Positions 1 through 12,700 of a stretch of 64,000 nucleotides of DNA are shown piece after piece. The notes under the pieces are model-generated. The model did not search any database, was not told the DNA's origin, and was given only the letters and a program-made list of their open reading frames with translations. The DNA is from Anolis carolinensis (Eukaryota), in contig NC_085845.1 of the NCBI RefSeq assembly GCF_035594765.1, positions 155,698,897 through 155,762,896 of the forward strand. The letters run 5' to 3'. A program made the translations under genes and the position numbers. Position 1 is the stretch's first letter. Each line of letters opens with the position of its first letter.

Positions 1-696
1 AAGCAGCTTGGGTGAGAAGTACACATTGACTCTTTATGAAGCCAAGTAAAACATTATGATGCCAAGTAAAACATTTTAGGTCTAAGTAGCAAACTGATTT
101 TTCATTTGTTGAATTTACTGTAATTATGAAATTATAGAAAAAGCAAACAAACTTTAAGCTCAGATAAAGCATTTATAATAATGCATGAGCACCTGCAGTT
201 TATATCAACATGAATTTCATCCTATATCTAATGTCTTAAGAATCAGTTCACACAGTCCTCTGTAGGTACCAAAGTCATTGTAAAATGGTACAGTACACTC
301 TTCCTCCATTCCAATAAAACACAGAAAAAACTATGAAGACAATAAAGTGAATGAATTCCTATCTCAATCCACAGATACAAAGAAACTGGTCAGAGACAGC
401 TCATAATCACAAAAAAGTCTGATTCTCACCTTGAAAAAAAGGAATCTTATATGTTGATTTCTGTGTAAATTAGAGTTGCTTATTTTAAAATGGATGTGAT
501 CAACTGTGGCTCTCCAGATGCTTTTGGATTGCAACTTGCATAATCTTTCACCACTGGCTAGACTGACTAGAGTTGATGGGAGTTGTGAGCCAAAACTAAA
601 TCACGGTCTACAATTGCTCATCAATTTGAAACCAAACACTTACGGTAATAACAAAAGGTATTGTAAAACAACCAACCAAAACAATCAAAATCCTAC

Positions 697-799
697 CTCC
701 GTATGTCTTCCTGCGTCTCCCTTATAGATTCAATGGCACTTTGCAATTCAATAAGATCAAGGGTCTTCTTTCGGACTCTTGTACTATGTGTGAGTTGTG
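697..799 (-). CDS. OSBPL8: Coding exon 20 ([35 protein letters not shown]), coiled coil before the TM exon
   Basis: gaag|CA...AG|gtagga; resembles ORP8 IQSSIESIKQTQEEIKR. Confidence 0.88.
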
Positions 800-3700
800 C
801 TTCAAAAGTAATTCAAAGAATGTATAAGGATATAAATCATGTACATTACACCAAAGAGCTTTTAAAAATTCCCAAAATAAAACAAGTTCTCTCCCTCTCT
901 TTTTTATAAGTCAGAGCACAAAAACTCAGTCCTCAAATCATGCTACAGCACAAAATGAAAACAAAGTAATAGCATGTGTTTAATGCACTCACAATAAATG
1001 TAGCAAAAAACTGAAAAAGGGTAGGACAATGAACAGATACACTGCTCACCTTCACTGCCAGATGAGTCCTGATTATCAGGTTCCGGTGAGGAGAAGCCAC
1101 ACTCCCCTTTCTTTGACTTTGCAGACCGCTTTATTTTTGCAACACTAACCTGAAATTAATCAATGTACAATGCTCATCTGCTCAGAACAAAATATACTCA
1201 ATGGAATTATAAAAGCACTGAAGAAAGAAGTCAGGGTGGATATTTTATCTGATTTCCCCTTTTTCTGAAACTTCTGGTTCCAACTCTCATGGTGTCCTAG
1301 AAGACTGGGAAATTGTGAAGGACATGGGGAAGGGGACACAGTGCCCTTCCATTTATACAGTGGGCAGCCTGGATCCACCATAACTAGATAAAAGAATGGC
1401 TGTAGTACAATGGCAGATTGAAAATTTGCTTTGAAACGACAGGCAAGAAAAGTGATAATTGAGGACAGGAAGGTGTTAAGTTATTAACACTGCTTACCAA
1501 CTAAACTGATCATGTTTTAAAATAAAACTACAATATTTCAACTACTTTTATTCAGTTACTCAATACACAATTTTGACTAGTCACCTATGAGATATGGCTA
1601 CTGTAAAGATTTCACTATGACCTTGTCATCAGAACAGAAAGTAACACAAATGTTCCAAATCTGAATCCTAACGTAAATATTTCATTCTTTCCACCCCATT
1701 TAATACAGCAGTTGACCAAAAACAACCATTGCTACCACAAGAGCATACCATTGGTGTCCGGTGTTTGACCTTTGTTTGAATGGCACCACCTTTTTCAAAC
1801 TGTATCATATCATTCAGTGGATCCCATGGTCTTGTGCTGTGGATGACAAACAGCACAACTTAAGACAGAACAATAAAGATGCTGTTTCAATCTTTTACAG
1901 ACATTTCAAGAGTATATCGTTTGTTGGTATTGCGTGCCTCCAAGTCATTTCCGACTTATAGGGACCCTAAGGCAACCCTATCTTGAGGTTTTCTTGGCAA
2001 GATTTGTTCAGAGACCTTCCTCTGAGTATGAATGAGTGTGACTTGGTGTGCCATTGCCTTCCTCTGAAGCTCAGTATGCCTTGCCCAATATCATCCAGGG
2101 GCTTTTCATGGCCAAGTAGGGATTCAAATCCTAGTCTTCCAGAGACCAGAATAGCTCTCAGAAAGGGTATTAACAAGTGGCAAGGGGGAACATGGATGGT
2201 TGCAATCTGACAATTCCACTTTTTCTGGGTAGGTTGTTTGCAAGGGTCAGAGTAAAAGATCTTCCTGTCTCACCAGGCAATAATCCTTTGGATCAGAAAT
2301 GTACAACAAACATTAGAAACATTTCTACCTCTGAAAGATTCTGGATCCAAGAGATTATGCAGATTAGGCCTGAACAGCTTGTAGCTCTCCAGGTATTTTA
2401 CACTTGATCTCTCAGAATTCCTGACCATTGAAGCAGCTGGGCAGGGTTTCAGGGAGTTGGAGGCACAAACACCAGGAAGGCCACAGGTTGTGTAGGCCTG
2501 ATGTACAGCAACTCAAGAGTAAAACCTATGCAACTATGAGCAAAAGGGAAAAAAATCACAAAAGTGAGTGAAATTTAAACAATCAGAGAATCAGATCTCT
2601 TCTTTTCCCTCTTCCTCAAATTTAAAACAAAAATCTTAAACAAGCAGCATATAAAACCCAGATGAAACCTACATGTCAGTATGTATAGCCCCCCCTCTTT
2701 TTAAAAAAGTAGCAGTGATATGAACAGAAAAGTACCAGTTCCATTACAGTAAGGTGTTGTATCACTGGGAAATTCAATGAATAAAAGGGAACACAAATTT
2801 AAGTCATTTCAATCTCTAACACAAGACAAAAGTTTCAGCTGTTCAACCTCTATCTTCCATCATTAGTACTTACAACAAATGAAACCAGTCTTGTAGTGTC
2901 AAATATCTGTGTAAGAAGCACCCATTTTGTGTAAACAATATAGTTAAAGAGAAGCAAATTGGATACTGTAATGATGAGATCAATTCTGATCACAAGAACA
3001 TAAAAAGAGATCAGACCAATCTAGTCCATTATTCTTACAGTAGCCAAGCAGGTTCTGCCCCAAAACAGAACATGAATGCAACACTACCAAACTAGTTGTA
3101 TCCAACTTGTAATTACATGTATCACACCTTCAGGAAATTAAAAGGTAAAAGCATCTTCATAAAGGCCTTTTCGGTAAAAGAGAAAGTGGATATTTTCTTA
3201 AGAAGTCACATACTATATATTGTTTTGTAAACAAGATTTTCAATTACAATTCTTGACTAAGGCGAAATCAATTATCAGGTGTTTGTATATTGACACAAGT
3301 TAAGGTGATAGCTGCAGTACATTTGTGAGCCAAAAAAATATGTTGCATGCCATTTGAAAATTCTGAAAGTAGACCAATTGGTTTTTCTGCAGTAAAATAA
3401 ATAAATGGGCATAAATGATACTATGCACAATCCAAGGCAAATTTAAAATACTGAATTTTAAAATCTGCCTTGGATAACAGCCATGATGCAGTAAGTGATT
3501 TTTTTCATTTTGTTTGCTTGTATCTTAAGTAAAGACGTACCTACAATGCACGCGCATGCGCGCGCCCACACACACACACAGACCTCTGTGACTCACTCTG
3601 CATATCTGTAAATCCATTCTCCTGTGAGTGGATCTGGCTCAAATAGCCTGCATATCCACTCTTCATCATGGGCTTTCCTTTCTTTGGCAGATTTTCTCTG

Positions 3701-6700
3701 AGCTTCCTCCAAAACATATTTTTCCTGAGTTGCTTCTGCTTGGTCCTTGTTGTTTATTGCTCGAGTCACATGTTGCCAAAGTCTATCAGATAAGAGCAAC
3801 AAAGTTGCAAAAATTATTTTGACTGCATTGTCAGAACAGAGGTATTTGGTCATTTTTAAAAAGTGTGTTATTTCATTCTGTTTTGTTGTGGAATTCAGGG
3901 TGATTACATATATGTTCAAATGAAACTATTCTTGTTGGCACACAATTCCAATATAATAAAAACAGCTAATAACAATAATGGAAAAATCGGTTTTAACTGT
4001 TTATTTTTAATACTGTTAATATTTAATTCTTTTTAATATTTGTATTTTTTTAGGTTTTAAATCATATTGTTGGTTTCACTGTAAGTTGCTTTGAGTCCCC
4101 TTTTTAGAGAGAAAAAGCAGGGTACAAATAATAATACAAAAATCAATGTAATAGACTAAGAAAAAGACTAATGCATTAAAACATGTTAACTGTCAAGATT
4201 AAAAAATCTCTTTCTCTAGTTTGCTAGAGGTAAGTGATCAAATGTCTACATTCTTTTGATGGAACATTACTTCCATTCTGCTTCACCTTTCTGCTTCAGC
4301 CATTAACAAAATACTTCTTGCTGTGAGCTAATACAAGTTTAGAAGGAACTTACTTTGCCGACTCAAAGTCACTTTGCTCCTCAAACTTCACTGTGTGTCT
4401 TCTTAATCTGCACTGCCTGATTTCAGATGTTGGATTCCAGAATGTTGCTGAAATACCCGTCTTTTTGTCTCTAATAAAAACTTCACTGTCCTGCAATGTT
4501 TAACATATTGGATTACTTGAATAGCCAAAGAGTAAACAATTTTTACTGAGTCAATAAGAACAAATGTTTCCTTCAGAAAGACTCTTTTTGCAACTCAGAA
4601 GGCTGCTGTGCCAATTTGGCTAGAGCAGCAGAAAGTCACATCTGAAAATAGATCTTATTTCAAGAGCAAGGACTTGACTTAAGGGAATGGGTATATTCAG
4701 TTTCAGTTGTGCCCTGATGTTTGGTAAAATATAACCATTTTCAAAGTCTTTTGCCAACTGAGCATTAGTAGGATTTTACCTTTTCCCTGTAATCAGTTTC
4801 TACTGCTACAAGTGAAATTTTCCTGATGTCCTGTCTAGCCTCTTGTGCCTCTCCAGACTATTGTGACAACAATGGAACAATTTAATTTGTTTTACATTTG
4901 TAAGAATTTCAGGCAGGATATTACTACATAATACACTAGCCATGGTTGCACAGTATTTTGTAATAATTCCTAACAAAGCTCTGTTCAGATTTATCATGGA
5001 AAGGGCAAACTATTGATCAATGTTTTTTAATAATTTCATTGCCTTCAGACTGCAATGCTAATCAAGGAGCAGGCTGCCGGGGAAGTGTGGTTGGGATTCG
5101 GGGGGGGGGGGGGGGGGAAGATAAAGTAAATAATAAAATAATCTTCTGCTGTATTAGCATGGGACTAGGAAACTGCCACAAGCTGTTCCTGCTTGTGTAC
5201 CTCATTAGTCAGCCATGATTTAATGAATCATTAGTGAACCTTTCACTTCAAAGTGAGTGGAGCAAAATCTATTATTTGTTCTTTTCACTTCATACTGGTT
5301 TTACTAGCTGCCTCTCTCTGGGTCCTTATGACTCAACTCTTACCCTATTTGCCCTCTCTTACATATATCTAAAGTTCATTTCCACACTTTCTTTTCCTTT
5401 AGAGTGAAAGTTCTGTATGCTAGAATCCAGAAGAATGAAACTGTTTATAAATGTATATAATTTTTGTGCTTTGATGTCCCAATAGAGGTCAATAAATTTC
5501 GGAAATGAAGGTGTCACAAGGAAACATGACTATCATACAAAGTGATATATCAAGTTAAGCTTTCTTCTCTCCGTTGACTCTTATTACATGTCCTGACATA
5601 AGCTTACTTTGGGGTTAGATTTTATGCCCTTCTCCATACATTGTTACAAAATATGTGCCACAATTTTGGGTAACAGGCAGAGTATAAATAAAGTATAAAA
5701 TAATATTCAGCCCCACTCTGTAGCTCTGTGAGAACATGAAGAAATTGGTAGAAGCATTCCTGTTCAACATGTCCAGCTAGACTTACATAAGTATGCAGTT
5801 GCCACTTAAGAGGTGATATTCTGTATTTTAGGTTTCTGAAAACACATAGAATATTTAAATTTCAACATGATTGCAAATGATCATTATGGAGATCAGAGGA
5901 TGTGCAATGGATACTAGCACTAAACGTTGTAATGCATCTAAATGTAAAAATACATTTTAAAGATCTGGCCAATATTTAACAAAAAAAAACAATGTAAGTG
6001 TACAACTTACCCAATGGCCTTCCAGGGTAGCTAGAACTTCTTTTCCCAGTTTAATTTTCCCCATTATTTGATTAACGTTGTCATTGTTGCCTAAAAAGGG
6101 CTATTGAAGATAAAAAGATTTATGTTTAAGATGCATAGCACTTCAGTTCTTTAGAAAACATTACAAACTGCTAGATTTCTGAAATCTCAGCTAAAATTAT
6201 TTCAATGTTTTCTGTTGAAACTACTTAAAGTCATCCACAGAAAAATATTTGAAGAAAATTAAGTGTATGGCAAAAATTAAGCTGGGCATGACACCTTTCA
6301 TGAAAAGGGTAGAGTAAGGTCCTACATCTACACATCTAGAGTAACCTCCTGTGGAAGTGCTTCCAAGTTATAGCCTGGATTCAGAGTTGTCCTCAGTAGA
6401 GTTTTTAGGCACTAGAGAAATGCTGGGAGAGGCAATTTTATATGAAGTGTCTTGCTTTTCAAATCTTTCAAAAATTATTCTAGAAGAAAAACCATCCAGA
6501 AAAACATGGAAGATACTATGGAGGAAGGAAGAATCAAAATCACCACAGCATCTTTTTCTTCTGAAGAAGAGCTTTAGTAGGACCATGAATCCCTTAGAGA
6601 ATGGGAAGTACACTTCCATTTGTAGAAGGCCAAGTCCAGATATTAGAGAAGGACCCGAATTCTCTTTCATCTGTTTCTTTCATGGTTTTGTACCATTCCA

Positions 6701-9700
6701 TCCATTTGGCACCCCACAAGAACAAAAGAAACAGTGAAATGAATTTTTAAAAAACGGCAGCCATTTGGTTGACTGATTTTCAGCGCTTGGCTGTAGGCCT
6801 TGGCTGGCAGGTGCTCAATGGCTCGTAGGCCCGGCTCATAGGGCCTGGCGCTCTGCTGCCCAAGGCCCAAAAAACCTTTTGTTTTCAGACCTTGGATGGA
6901 AAGACCCATTTGTATAGGCACCCGTTTCCATAAGTGGCGGATGGAAATGGAAATGGGGCCATACAAATGGCACAAATAGAAACAGTAAGTACCCTATATA
7001 CTCGGGTATAAGCTGACCGAATATAAGCCAAGGCACCTAATTTTACCACAAAAACTGGGAAAGCTTATTGACTCGAGTATAAGATGAGGGTGGGAAATGA
7101 AGCAGCTACAGGTCAATTTCAAAAATAAAAATAGATATTAATAAAATTGCATTATTTGAGGCATCAGTAGGTTAAATGTTTTTGAATATTTATATAAAAC
7201 TGTAATTTAAGATAATAAGACTTTAATAAAATAAGACTGTCCAACTCTGAATACCTATATACTTAAGTATAAGCCGACCTGAATAGAAGCCGGCCAGGAC
7301 CCTCACTCAAGTGTAAGCTGAGAGGAGCTTTCTCAGCCCTAAAAAGGGGCTGAAAAACTAGGCTTATAATTTTATACAAATGCACAAGTCTACCAAATAT
7401 GTCTTCTTGCATTTTCATTATGAGCAGAAACATAGTTTACTATTCAGCACAAATGTAACATTAGAAAATGTTCATGCCCATAATAATAAATGTATTGTTT
7501 AAAAGCATAGCAATCTGAATGTTAGTGTTTTCAAAAAATGTGACTACTCATTTTCCACCAATATATCCACCAACTAACCTTTAGTTTGAATTCAAGTGCT
7601 GCACTGTATCCAGTTTTCTCACATGCGATGTTAACAGTTCCTCCTAGCTCTAAAGTCAGTGTACCATAGAGAATTCCTGTAAGAAGCAGCAGCAATTTTA
7701 TTTCTAGTTTTGTTACAATTTCATAGGGTACAAAACTTTCAATTTCTACTTATAACCAAAAAAGTACACAGAAAAACTCAAGCCATTCTGTTATAATTAA
7801 TGACATCGTATTTAATTGATTATAAAAGCACAAGGGCAGGGAAAATATAACAGAAAGTGTACATTGATTAAAAAATGGAAGTACACAACCAGTGGGCAAA
7901 CGCCGAACATAACTGGCCAGCAGAGGGACACATCTCTAAGTGATAAAATCCGTTATTCTAAGCTGCTATCAAGTCAGCGTCCTACAAAGATGCAAATCCT
8001 GAAAGGCTGGAGCCTTAATTCAGATCGGGCCATAAGGATCTGGCTTTCAAAGTCCACAGAAACTTGCAGATCATTTGTTTTAAAAAAAGTAAATACTAAG
8101 GTCTCAGAAGAGGATGGTCATGAAAAGGCTATATTCCAAAATATGATTTATATGGTTGCCTTATCTTCTCTGCCACTGCCTTTTACATTTTCAGATGTGC
8201 ATTACTAGTCCACTTTCCTGTAAGTCCTCTTCCATTGCAACTTCTCTAATACCAACAGAATGTCTTCTAAATGACTCATCAGTAACTATAGTTCAAAATG
8301 TCCCACAGCTATCTCTTCGAGACTTGAAGCCTAAGCTTTTTTAGAAAACATATTGACTATTCAGTTTGGATTTTGTAACTAGGATTCAAGGAATCTACTT
8401 GATATATTCTCCATTAGTCAGTACAACAAGAAATGTAGGTCACACTATTAAGGACAAGTTGACTTTCTGCAATACAGCTCTGTATTTATTGGAAAACCTT
8501 TGTATTTTGGAATCAGGATCCAACATTGACACTTCTGCAGATTGAAAATGAATATATTTGCCATGTTAGCAAAGGACTAACTTACCATAAAAAGGACCAT
8601 TGTTATTGTTGTTATCATAATCACTATTACTATTATTACTAAATCTTGATTCTCCGCTAAAGTAGGCTTTTCTCTTTTACTGATCACATGAACTGTAGCC
8701 AGCCTTTTAGGAATAAAATTGATTTTTATTGAAGTTGAGAACTACCTCCCTCCAATTATTTAAATTAGTAAACAATATTCTGAAATGTGGTTCCTTCAAT
8801 AACAGGAGTATATGAAAAGGAATATTTGTTAAATAAAATCTGAGGGCCTTAAAATAATTTGGATCAGGCACCAGGTTCTAAAATGCATCGACTAATTCCT
8901 CAGTTTGTATACGCAGCTGACAAAAGAAAAAAAGAAAAAAGAACAATGCTTCTCACAAAAGACAGAAAAACCTAACTGCTATTTTTGTCCCCAGACCTTG
9001 GGGGACAGTGGAGATTTCTCTCAATTGAAATGCAGTCTGAATAAGAGCAGGAATTTCACTTCCCAATTCCTATCTTATCAACACCTTTCAATAGGTCAGA
9101 ACACATTCTAACTCTTTCCTAGGCCCCCTGAGATTGTCAGAGGAATGGGGGAATTGCTAGCAACGATGGACAGAGGTTTGGCTAGTAAAGTCAAGTTCTT
9201 CTTTACAAATTCCTGGAAAATTTATTTATTTATTTACTTCATTTATATCCCGCCCTTCTCAACCCTGAGCAGTTTTACAAATTTTGTAAAGTTTTGTAAA
9301 ATAGGCAGGAATTTGATGCCATAAATAAACATACAATACAATAAACAATTACATTAAAACCAAAGACATTAAAACAACATAATTTAAAACCAATTACTAA
9401 AATCATGCCAGCTAAAATCATAATCCAAGGCCATTCCACTTGTCATTTCACTAAACAAACATATACCTTTACAATGTGCATATGGCATATTCATTATATA
9501 TTCCTCTCCTCTGTTTAGGAAAAGAAGTCGCCCTTCCCCTTCCAGAATGGCAGATAATGAGTTTCCTGAAAAAACAATAACATGGTAGATTCAAAGAAAC
9601 ATGTCCAAAAATGAACCAGATTTCTGTAAAGTGATGTTTCAAATCTTAACAAATTTCCAGCAATACATTCATCACTATTTTTATTCTACTTCCTATACAG

Positions 9701-12700
9701 ATGTATCCTGCAAAAGCAACAATTAAATACAGAATACTCTCACAGACAATACAAAAATGGAGACCTTTGAAGAACTCACCATAAAATCTGGATTTGGCCA
9801 AAATATTTCCACTAAGGCAAAATCCATCCTTTCGGTTGCTTACATAAAAGGCAGATATGGGGGGATGATGAGATACCTGTCAAAATGTAATAAAGTTACA
9901 AACAAGCAAAAGAGTTAAGAATCTGATTTTTTCAACATTTATAGAAATGTGTGGCTATTCCACCACATCTAGGAATCTTTGACTACAGAATGTATGAACG
10001 TAAAGTCTGATATGTAAGAAAGTTATATCCAAACACTTCTCAAACTACCGTACAGTTCTCAATACACTCAATACTACATATAAAGTTACATGGCTCCTGC
10101 CTTCAGATGATCAAATCTTATTACATTTGCTCATGACCGATGTCAAAAGCCTCTTCATACCAAACTGAAAACCACCAGGCACATTTCTTTTCTTTTCTTT
10201 TCTTTTTTAAAATAATTTTTATTGAATTTAAAATTTTTCACACCAGGCACATTTCAACAAGTTTGCTGAGAGGTTTGTATTTACACTAGAAGAAATATCC
10301 AAAATCCCACACGTAATACTTTGAAACCAGTGGTTAACTAGGTAGATTTGTTACTAGTACAGAATGTGAAATGTGACACTGATGTTTCATTTGCAGCCCA
10401 GTCTATTAATTTCTCCTCTCTCAATCCATCAATTATAATAAAATCTTGAGTATTTTAATATGCTCAATACATTCTTTGTACGCAAATATATACATGATGC
10501 TTAATTCACCAGTCAGTTTTAAGCAGTTTTCTCCACCTCAGCTCACTTTGTTTTGCAGCTTGGCTTAGGAAAAGTAACAAATTTATTCAAAAATGTTGTG
10601 AAGGACAGGGAATCCCAAAGAAGAAATGGCAAGGGGAAGATTTAACCAATCCCAGAATGGAGCAGGAAAGGAAATAAATATAACACATGGATTGTACTGA
10701 ATTATTATGAGACTAACATGCCAAATTCTACTTTAGATTTTTACTAATTGGGCAACATTGTGAGCAAATATAACATATGGAAGAAATGAAGAAAGCTAAT
10801 TAAAAAAACAGACTTGTGTCATATTATTAGTAATACCTGTTCAGCAATATAAAAAGTCTTGCTATTGGTCTTTGGATGAACCCACAAGCAACGGAAGGTC
10901 TCACCAAGTATAGGATTGTAAGGTTTTTTAAGACCCTGAAAAGACAAATACATGTTTATATATACCATTTATAATTTCAAAAATCTCATCCAAATGTCCA
11001 AAGCATTTTTTTTTCAAATATTCTACAATTGGAGTCCAATGATGTCATACTTCACGGGGTACGAATGGACGGTACGAAATGGAAACACAAATGAAACAAA
11101 AGGAACAAATACTGCGCACATCTCTGTAAGGTTGTAAAGAGGTCATATGAGACAATACATATTGTAAATAAGAGTATGGCTGTATTAAAGATCAACCCAG
11201 AATGTACATAATAGTTAGAACAAGGATCTGAATCATTTGGCTATTTAGATATTGTTGGATGGCAGTTTTTGCCATTCCTTACTACTGGCTATGCTACTTA
11301 AGACCACTGCAACTTGTTTTCCAACATTCCCCATCCCTTACTTACAAAACAATGCATGGTTCTACTTGACCAGACTTTTCTACGTGAAGTGATTCATGAA
11401 AGCAACATAAAATATAAATAAATCAGTCATGGTTAAATAACTCCTGGTTAGAAACAAATCATTTTTGTATGGTACCAAAAAGTGGTGGGCCAGAAAGAAG
11501 GCACTACAATGTCCAAAGCTAAGGTGTTTTTTAAAAGAAAAAACCCTCTGAGATATACTGACCCATTTGTAACAATAGCTGGGGAAATGAATAATTTGTT
11601 ATGAAAATAAATAAAGTATTCATTTTTAACTATAAGTATTCATTTATAATCTTTTCATACATGACATGGTAAAAATAGTTCTGGTGAAAATCATAGAAGA
11701 ATAGAATTGGATGAGACCACATGGACCATCTAGTCCAAATCATACAGCAGTTTGCAAAGTCAGCTTGACTCCTAACACATTGCATTCTTAGCCATTCCAA
11801 CACGATAGATCTGATGCTGAAATTTAAAATAACCACAAGCAAATAAAGGAAAAATTAGACAAAGAGAAACACTTTTAAAACAGATTTTTCACTAGATTTA
11901 GGATGATTGGGCAAAGAGAGACATTTCATATAGCCCACCATGGCAGCCTAGATCTTTTAAATACCGACATAAATATCCGATTATTTTTTCCATCACCACA
12001 GGATTATATTTGACTCAAAAAGTATTCAATGTGTTACCTTTGGCTTTTTGTAGAATCCCGACAAATACCATTTCACAACTTGTTTCATACGATTGTAAGC
12101 ATTCTCTTCAAGGGCAGCTCTAGAATGAGATTCAACAAATTTGTGATCTACATTTAAGTAAAGCATAGATCAATCTTTGTCATGTCATATAAAGCTTGAA
12201 CCTCTTTTTCAATTATTACCTAGGAAACAAATGCTAATATATTAGAAAATGCAGGGAAATCATAAATCTTCCCTAAGCTCAAGAACAGCAGCACTCAGCA
12301 ACAGTTTTCTTGTGTATTGGTGTTCTTCAAACATTCATCTTGTCCAGTCACACATATGGGATCTGTGGCTTCATGGAACATATGGAATTTTTTAAAAGGG
12401 ACTTCAGCATTCTACACATTCCCTCACAGAGAAAGGTTCTTTTCCCCTTTAGTACACCTAAATAATTAAAGAAATGCTCACTTCTTTCATGCAAAACTAT
12501 TAAACATTTGCAGGGAAGGAGAAGAGTAGCCATGGTAGCCCACACTTTAGTTACATCTTGTATGGACTATTGCAACACTCGCTACATGAGGCTGCCTTTG
12601 AAGGTAGTTCAGAAGCTTCGACTAGTTCAGAGATTGGCAATCAGGTTACTAACTGGAGCGCTGTATAGGGAGAGAACCGCTCCCCTGTTACGGCAGCTCC

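Noticed and set aside
41-75. Short direct duplications (GCCAAGTAAAACATT x2; also CTGATCAGTTAATACAA x2 at about 61163)
   Set aside because: Ordinary slippage or repair duplications with no further structure
1-696. Terminal TM-coding exon of the ORP8-like gene
   Set aside because: I found no suitable acceptor plus hydrophobic C-terminal frame; it presumably lies beyond the window
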